Shown here: in pieces, positions 1 through 38,253 of the stretch
Position numbering within the stretch: position 1 is the first letter of the stretch
Layout of the letters: each line of letters begins with the position of its first letter
Assembly: GCF_001194135.2 (NCBI RefSeq)
Contig: NC_068981.1
Span: 118,028,178-118,066,430, forward strand
Direction: 5' to 3'
Length of the DNA stretch: 38,253 nt
DNA from: Octopus bimaculoides
Lineage: Eukaryota
Notes under the pieces: model-generated
Told to the model about the DNA's origin: nothing
The model's database searches: none
What the model saw: the letters and a program-made list of their open reading frames with translations, nothing else
Translations under genes and position numbers: made by a program

Positions 1-35
<35 letters not shown>

Positions 36-99
36 ATATCATGTATATATATATATGCGCGCGCATGTGCGTGTTTGTGTGAGTGTGTATACCTTCGTG

Positions 100-302
100 T
101 CTGTGTTCGTGTTTGTCCCCATCACCGCTTGTGTTGGTGTGTTTACGTCCCCGTAACGTAGATGTTCACCAAAAGAGACCGACAGAATAAATATTATGCT
201 TTAAAAAAATTAAATCCCTGGGTCGAGTTGTTCGACTAAAAACCCTTCACTGCGGTTGTCCAGCATGGCCGCAGTCAAATGATTGAAACAAGTAAAAGAA
301 TA
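100..302 (+). mobile_element. SINE family A (3' part)
   Basis: gtttacgtccccgtaac...aaaagagaccga.agaataa...cagcatggccgcagtcaaatga.tgaaacaagtaaaaga; homologous to the copies at 27110 (-) and 33550 (+). Confidence 0.7.
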
Positions 303-469
303 AATATATACATACATACACACATTCATATACATGCATAAAATTTGGTGAGTCCAGATATGTACTTTTAACAATAAAGTATGAAAAAGTTGTCCCCTCC
401 TCTGAAAACCTAAGAACAAATGACTTTACAATGCAACTTCTACAGTCAGGTTACATTTGTAGGTATCTC

Positions 470-632
470 GTACCAGATGCGAATATCAGAATCAATGGAT
501 CCATAACTAAGGAGAGGATAAGAAATGAGTATCTCGGGGGATTAAAGAGAATATGTTTATCAGAACTCTCAGCTTATAGTAAGCATATTGCAATGCCTGT
601 CCTCACACCTATGTTTGGTTTTGGGAACAGAA
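470..632 (+). mobile_element. R4/Dong-like fragment (post-RT region)
   Basis: ORF 431-664 peptide RYL...TKERIRNEYLGGLKRICLSELSAYSK..AMPVLTPMFG resembles the R4 EY..RL..I..SEL...NK...A.PVL...FG block. Confidence 0.65.
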
Positions 633-1207
633 GAGACATACATACATACATACATACAGATTGAAGCCATCAATGGAACTGTAAAGATATGTAAAACTTT
701 CCTAAAATTTAGCACATAAATACATATGCATGCATCTAGACATGAAAATATATACAGAAAAACGCATCCATAAAACAAACATACAAATCTGCGAATACAC
801 TAACACCAAATACTGCACATTCACACACACACACACACACATACACACACACTCATATGCACAAATACCTAGATGATGTTGATAAAAGTTCCAATTGAGG
901 AGCCTTGAATCTATGTTAGAGTCCGACTCTTTCTCTATGGACAAGAAATACAGAAATTAAACTGATTGATAACATACATACATACATACATACATACGTA
1001 CATACATACACACACACACATACACACACATACATACATACATACATACATACATACATACATTCATACATACATACATACATAAGTAAACTTTAACATT
1101 TCGCTGCTGCGCTACTCTGTTTTAAAGTAAAATTTATTAGTAACAACAATTAATCTTTCTATTGCTTATGGTCAATTTTTGTTGAGTTTTGCAGTGATCG
1201 AACGGAT

Positions 1208-34829
<33,622 letters not shown>

Positions 34830-35231
34830 CGTTACAATTTGTATGTATTGTGAATATGCGCACACATAATTTCATGCAGATGTATGTATACATATGTAAA
34901 AATACAAATACATGTATATTCAAATTAGAATATGTTTTCCCATTCACAGAGTTCTATATGTTATATTAAATACGATAGATATTTCATATGTGTGATATTA
35001 GTCTTATACTGATTGTGCTGTTGGAGCACAATTATAATATTTTGTTGTCTAGAGAAAGTCATTATGGCAATATTAAAACACGAACTGATACAAAAAAAAA
35101 ATTATAACATTGTTTTCATGAAGTATATTTCGATAGTAAGTCATTAAAGAAAGAACAATAACCTCTGCGCTAATATTCCATTTTCCTGTCAACATTGCTA
35201 TCCTTGATTTTTGTGTTGTTACTACAATTTT

Positions 35232-35309
<78 letters not shown>

Positions 35310-35310
35310 G
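35232..35310. repeat. (GAT)n microsatellite downstream of the stop codon
   Basis: Directly visible; source of the poly-H/poly-D ORFs. Confidence 0.9.
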
Positions 35311-35369
35311 TTTTCATGATAATGATCATGATCATAATGATGGTGGTGGTGCATACGAATCTATATCCT

Positions 35370-35485
35370 TTTCTACTCTAGGCACAAAACCCGAAACTTT
35401 TGGGGAGGGAGCCATTCGATTAGATCGACCCCAGTGCATAACTGGTACTTAATTTATCGACCACGAAAGGATGAAAGGCAAAGTA
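35370..35485 (-). mobile_element. SINE family B 3' half
   Basis: ttctactctaggcacaa...gattagatcgaccccagt...aaggatgaaaggcaaagt. Confidence 0.75.
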
Positions 35486-36149
35486 TACGTATCAATATTG
35501 ATTTGTTGCCTAACCAATTCGAGTGCCTAAAGATGAGGTGCACGTTTCTTCGCCCGTAATACACATATTTATATGTAATTACACGTCTAATCAATACAGG
35601 AGTTGCATACACACACATATGTATATATGTATGTATGTATGTTAAATAGCAAATTAGATAAATTACCTAATCTTCAATATGTTGCTAAATCACTTGTCTA
35701 CAATATTCGACACCATGTTACAAATTTATCTCAATGTCTTTATTGCTGCGAGTATGTATAGATATGGTTTCTTTCTGTACTTTTGTTTGTTCGAAAATAA
35801 CCAACAACTGATGGAAGAACTGTAAGAATATTTATTTGAATATTTTAAGCTTTTGAAGTTTAATGTTTAGTTGTGTCCCTTGATGCACTTTGTTTTCAAA
35901 TAGCGTAATTCACATAAAATTGGACCAAGGAACACTCTTCCGTCTCCGCTTCATTGACTATGTCAGACAATGAGAGAGAAGAGGCGTAAGAAGTAGAAAG
36001 CAGTTCAGACATGTACTGAATCAGCGAGCGGACTAGAAGTACGAAGAACTCTCAATCACTCCACATCAAATACTCCGTTAGAGAATTGTTTAAATTACAA
36101 TTTTTCGTTCATTTTTTTCCTTCCCCGTTCACTTTCAACAACACTTTAT

Positions 36150-36560
36150 CTATACGAATTTCTTTTCTTCAATTTTACTTACGTCGTGTTTCAGGTTCAC
36201 CATCCTTTGGCACTCTTCTGTAACAGTCTGCAGGATTAAATCTTGGTTCCCTTGTTCAAGTTTCGAAAGAATTCTTGCCCGTATTTCTGTATCTTCATTT
36301 GTTGTAAAGCATTGTACAAAAATGAGACACTTAGACATCTCAGGAGTAAGTTCTTTGAGTTTAAAACTTTCACACATCGTTTTGACTGTTCCTGCATACG
36401 TAATAAAGTAATCATTCTCTGTTTTTTTAGTTAAATTTAAACACTCCATTCGAGTATTAAATAGAGAAGTTTTATCACCGAACATAATAGAGAGTAATTT
36501 GATTGTTTCTTGAAAGCAAATTTCACTAGACATTTTGGGCAAGATGAAGCTAATTTGCAT
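36150..36560 (-). mobile_element. Ty3/gypsy-type gag relic
   Basis: SLFNTRMECLNL...TYAGTV...CESFKL..L...KCLIFV...EIRARILSKLE...LQTVTEECQR..NLK.D pattern typical of invertebrate gypsy gag. Confidence 0.7.
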
Positions 36561-36664
36561 AATAATAACCTTACTTTTTCTTCGTCCGATCATGTGCTGT
36601 CTGAGAAAAGACAATGCGACATTGAAAGGCTGTTTAGATTAAGCTAATGGTTCTGCCACCATCA

Positions 36665-37200
36665 CTTCATCTCACATAAATACTATAGGTGTCGCTATTA
36701 CTGTGTAAGTTGCTAGTGGTGGTCAGTCCCTTTCTTGTCTTGATGTCCAGGCTGCGTATCTCATCAAGTGTCCAGTATAATATCCCAAATGTTGGTACTA
36801 GCGCTGGCACTGCAAATGTATTGTGAGATATGGTCTTGTTAATTGCAGACAACTCTGAGTTCCATATTTCTGGAATCCACAGAAGTACTCTTTTGTTATT
36901 CTGGCTTTAAACATAGCACCAACATATGCTACATTTTCATCGATTCCAAGTATTAGAGATAAGAGAGACAGACAAGCCGTTGATATACATGTTTTCTGCG
37001 TAGTCGACTATTTTCCTTCGATTGACTATCATGAATGAGTATTTAACGTGCCCAAACTTCATTCCTATATCATGTGAGAATGTTGTGACTAGTTCACAGT
37101 GTTCAATGTCTATAGTAAAGATAGAACGATACACAGATTAAATATGAATGAGTGGTTCAGAAAGAGGCTTATTGGCAGTAAAAGTGTGTGAATGGAAAGG
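36665..37200 (-). mobile_element. R4/Dong-like RT C-terminal fragment
   Basis: FSHDIGMKFG and HNTFAVPALVPTFGILYWTLDEIRSLDIKTRK...HSNSD. Confidence 0.8.
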
Positions 37201-37479
37201 AAATCCACAAAAAAGATTAACCAGCCAGCCCTGGCTAAGAGAAATGTATCAGCTGGCAGAACAGAGGGAAGAAATATTTCAATAATTTCAGATCTATTAA
37301 AGATTATTGTTTCATTAGAAGAATGATTAAATGCATTGCGATAATACTTGACATCGAATCTCTTATCCCCAGGCTTTGGTTCTCCCTGATGTAAGGGTTA
37401 TGAGTCCTCGAAGTCAAAAACTGCAATTGACAGCCTCTTACAGAGAAAGATATAAATGTAAAGAGAAGAGTATGACAAA

Positions 37480-37560
37480 CGCAGCGTACAAAACAGACAA
37501 AATTGCAGGTATCAGTTCTACAATGGTGGAAATATTAAGAGATACAGAACGGCGATTTGT
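37480..37560 (+). mobile_element. Possible RTE LINE fragment
   Basis: KTDKIAGISSTMVEILR resembles the RTE K.GKA.G..I..EMLK motif; very short. Confidence 0.3.
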
Positions 37561-38253
37561 ACTAGGGAGACTCAGTTTCTATTTATAGCAGGTCGAAATG
37601 AACGTGCAAAGTTTACACATCCTGTCTGTCAAACAAATATTCTAAATGATGCAAAGTAATGTTATATAGACATGACCAGATTGAGAGTAAATATTAAGTT
37701 AGACAAACAAGTGTATTGTAGCACATGCCTTTACAGGAAGACATAAATAATAAAAATAAACATTCAAGTAGAGAGATAAAAGGCGAGTCAAACACAAGCA
37801 TATATACATTCACAGATACTCTCATGTAATATAGACAAATGCATATATACATACAACACATGTAGTTCTTGTTACTGCTGAAATATATTGCAAAAATCTG
37901 TAATTTTTCCTCTCTATTTTGTTGTCTTCCACAAAGTCTCTTCCTTCATAATGAATACCGCATCAGAGATATTTACAATCAGTAGCACAAGCGAAGGAGT
38001 TGGGCAATGCGAATAAAAACTTCGCTTCGTAACGTGCCGATACTTCGCTGCTTCTAGTATTGACGAGAAGTTTTCCATATTTACTTGTCCTTTTCTGTTA
38101 AACGCTTTCACGTCTCATCTTGATTCTTACTATAAACATACATGCACTCAAACAAATATATGTTTGCGTGTGTCTGTTTGTGCACGTATACTTGTCTATA
38201 TCTCTGTCACTCCCCTCTATCTCTCTCTCGATATATATATATATATATATATA

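Noticed and set aside
34965-35077. ATTAAA polyadenylation candidates (34965, 35072)
   Set aside because: Common by chance in AT-rich DNA; cannot be supported without transcript data
35073-35452. Poly-His and poly-Asp ORFs
   Set aside because: (GAT)n repeat running into a SINE

Overview
AT-rich, microsatellite-dense eukaryotic genomic DNA. The SINE/LINE repertoire and the N-gaps abutting (TA)n point to an Octopus (coleoid cephalopod) assembly; this is an inference. The window holds one apparently complete + strand gene for an SLC23/NAT (nucleobase-ascorbate transporter) family protein. It has 11 coding exons, all introns GT-AG with matching phases: 1208-1360, 8025-8182, 8486-8583, 10288-10376, 11620-11801, 13520-13628, 22130-22286, 25808-26061, 29177-29447, 31100-31195, 34597-34829 (1800 nt = 599 aa + stop). 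Introns and flanks carry decayed mobile elements: several R4/Dong-type RLE non-LTR retrotransposons (two large ones embedded in (TAA)n), Penelope-like fragments, a probable Chapaev3 transposase fragment, a gypsy gag relic and two tRNA-type SINE families. Best leads: (1) the transporter has Asn where the family has the TM1 Q-H His and His where it has the TM10 signature Asn, an apparent reciprocal swap; (2) a non-canonical NAT signature (T-H-I-A-L-I-G-I-T-R) suggesting altered substrate; (3) a spacerless 268-bp near-perfect palindrome in intron 8. Most supplied ORFs are microsatellite, N-gap or TE artefacts. Repeat-family names come from motif recognition, not database searches.
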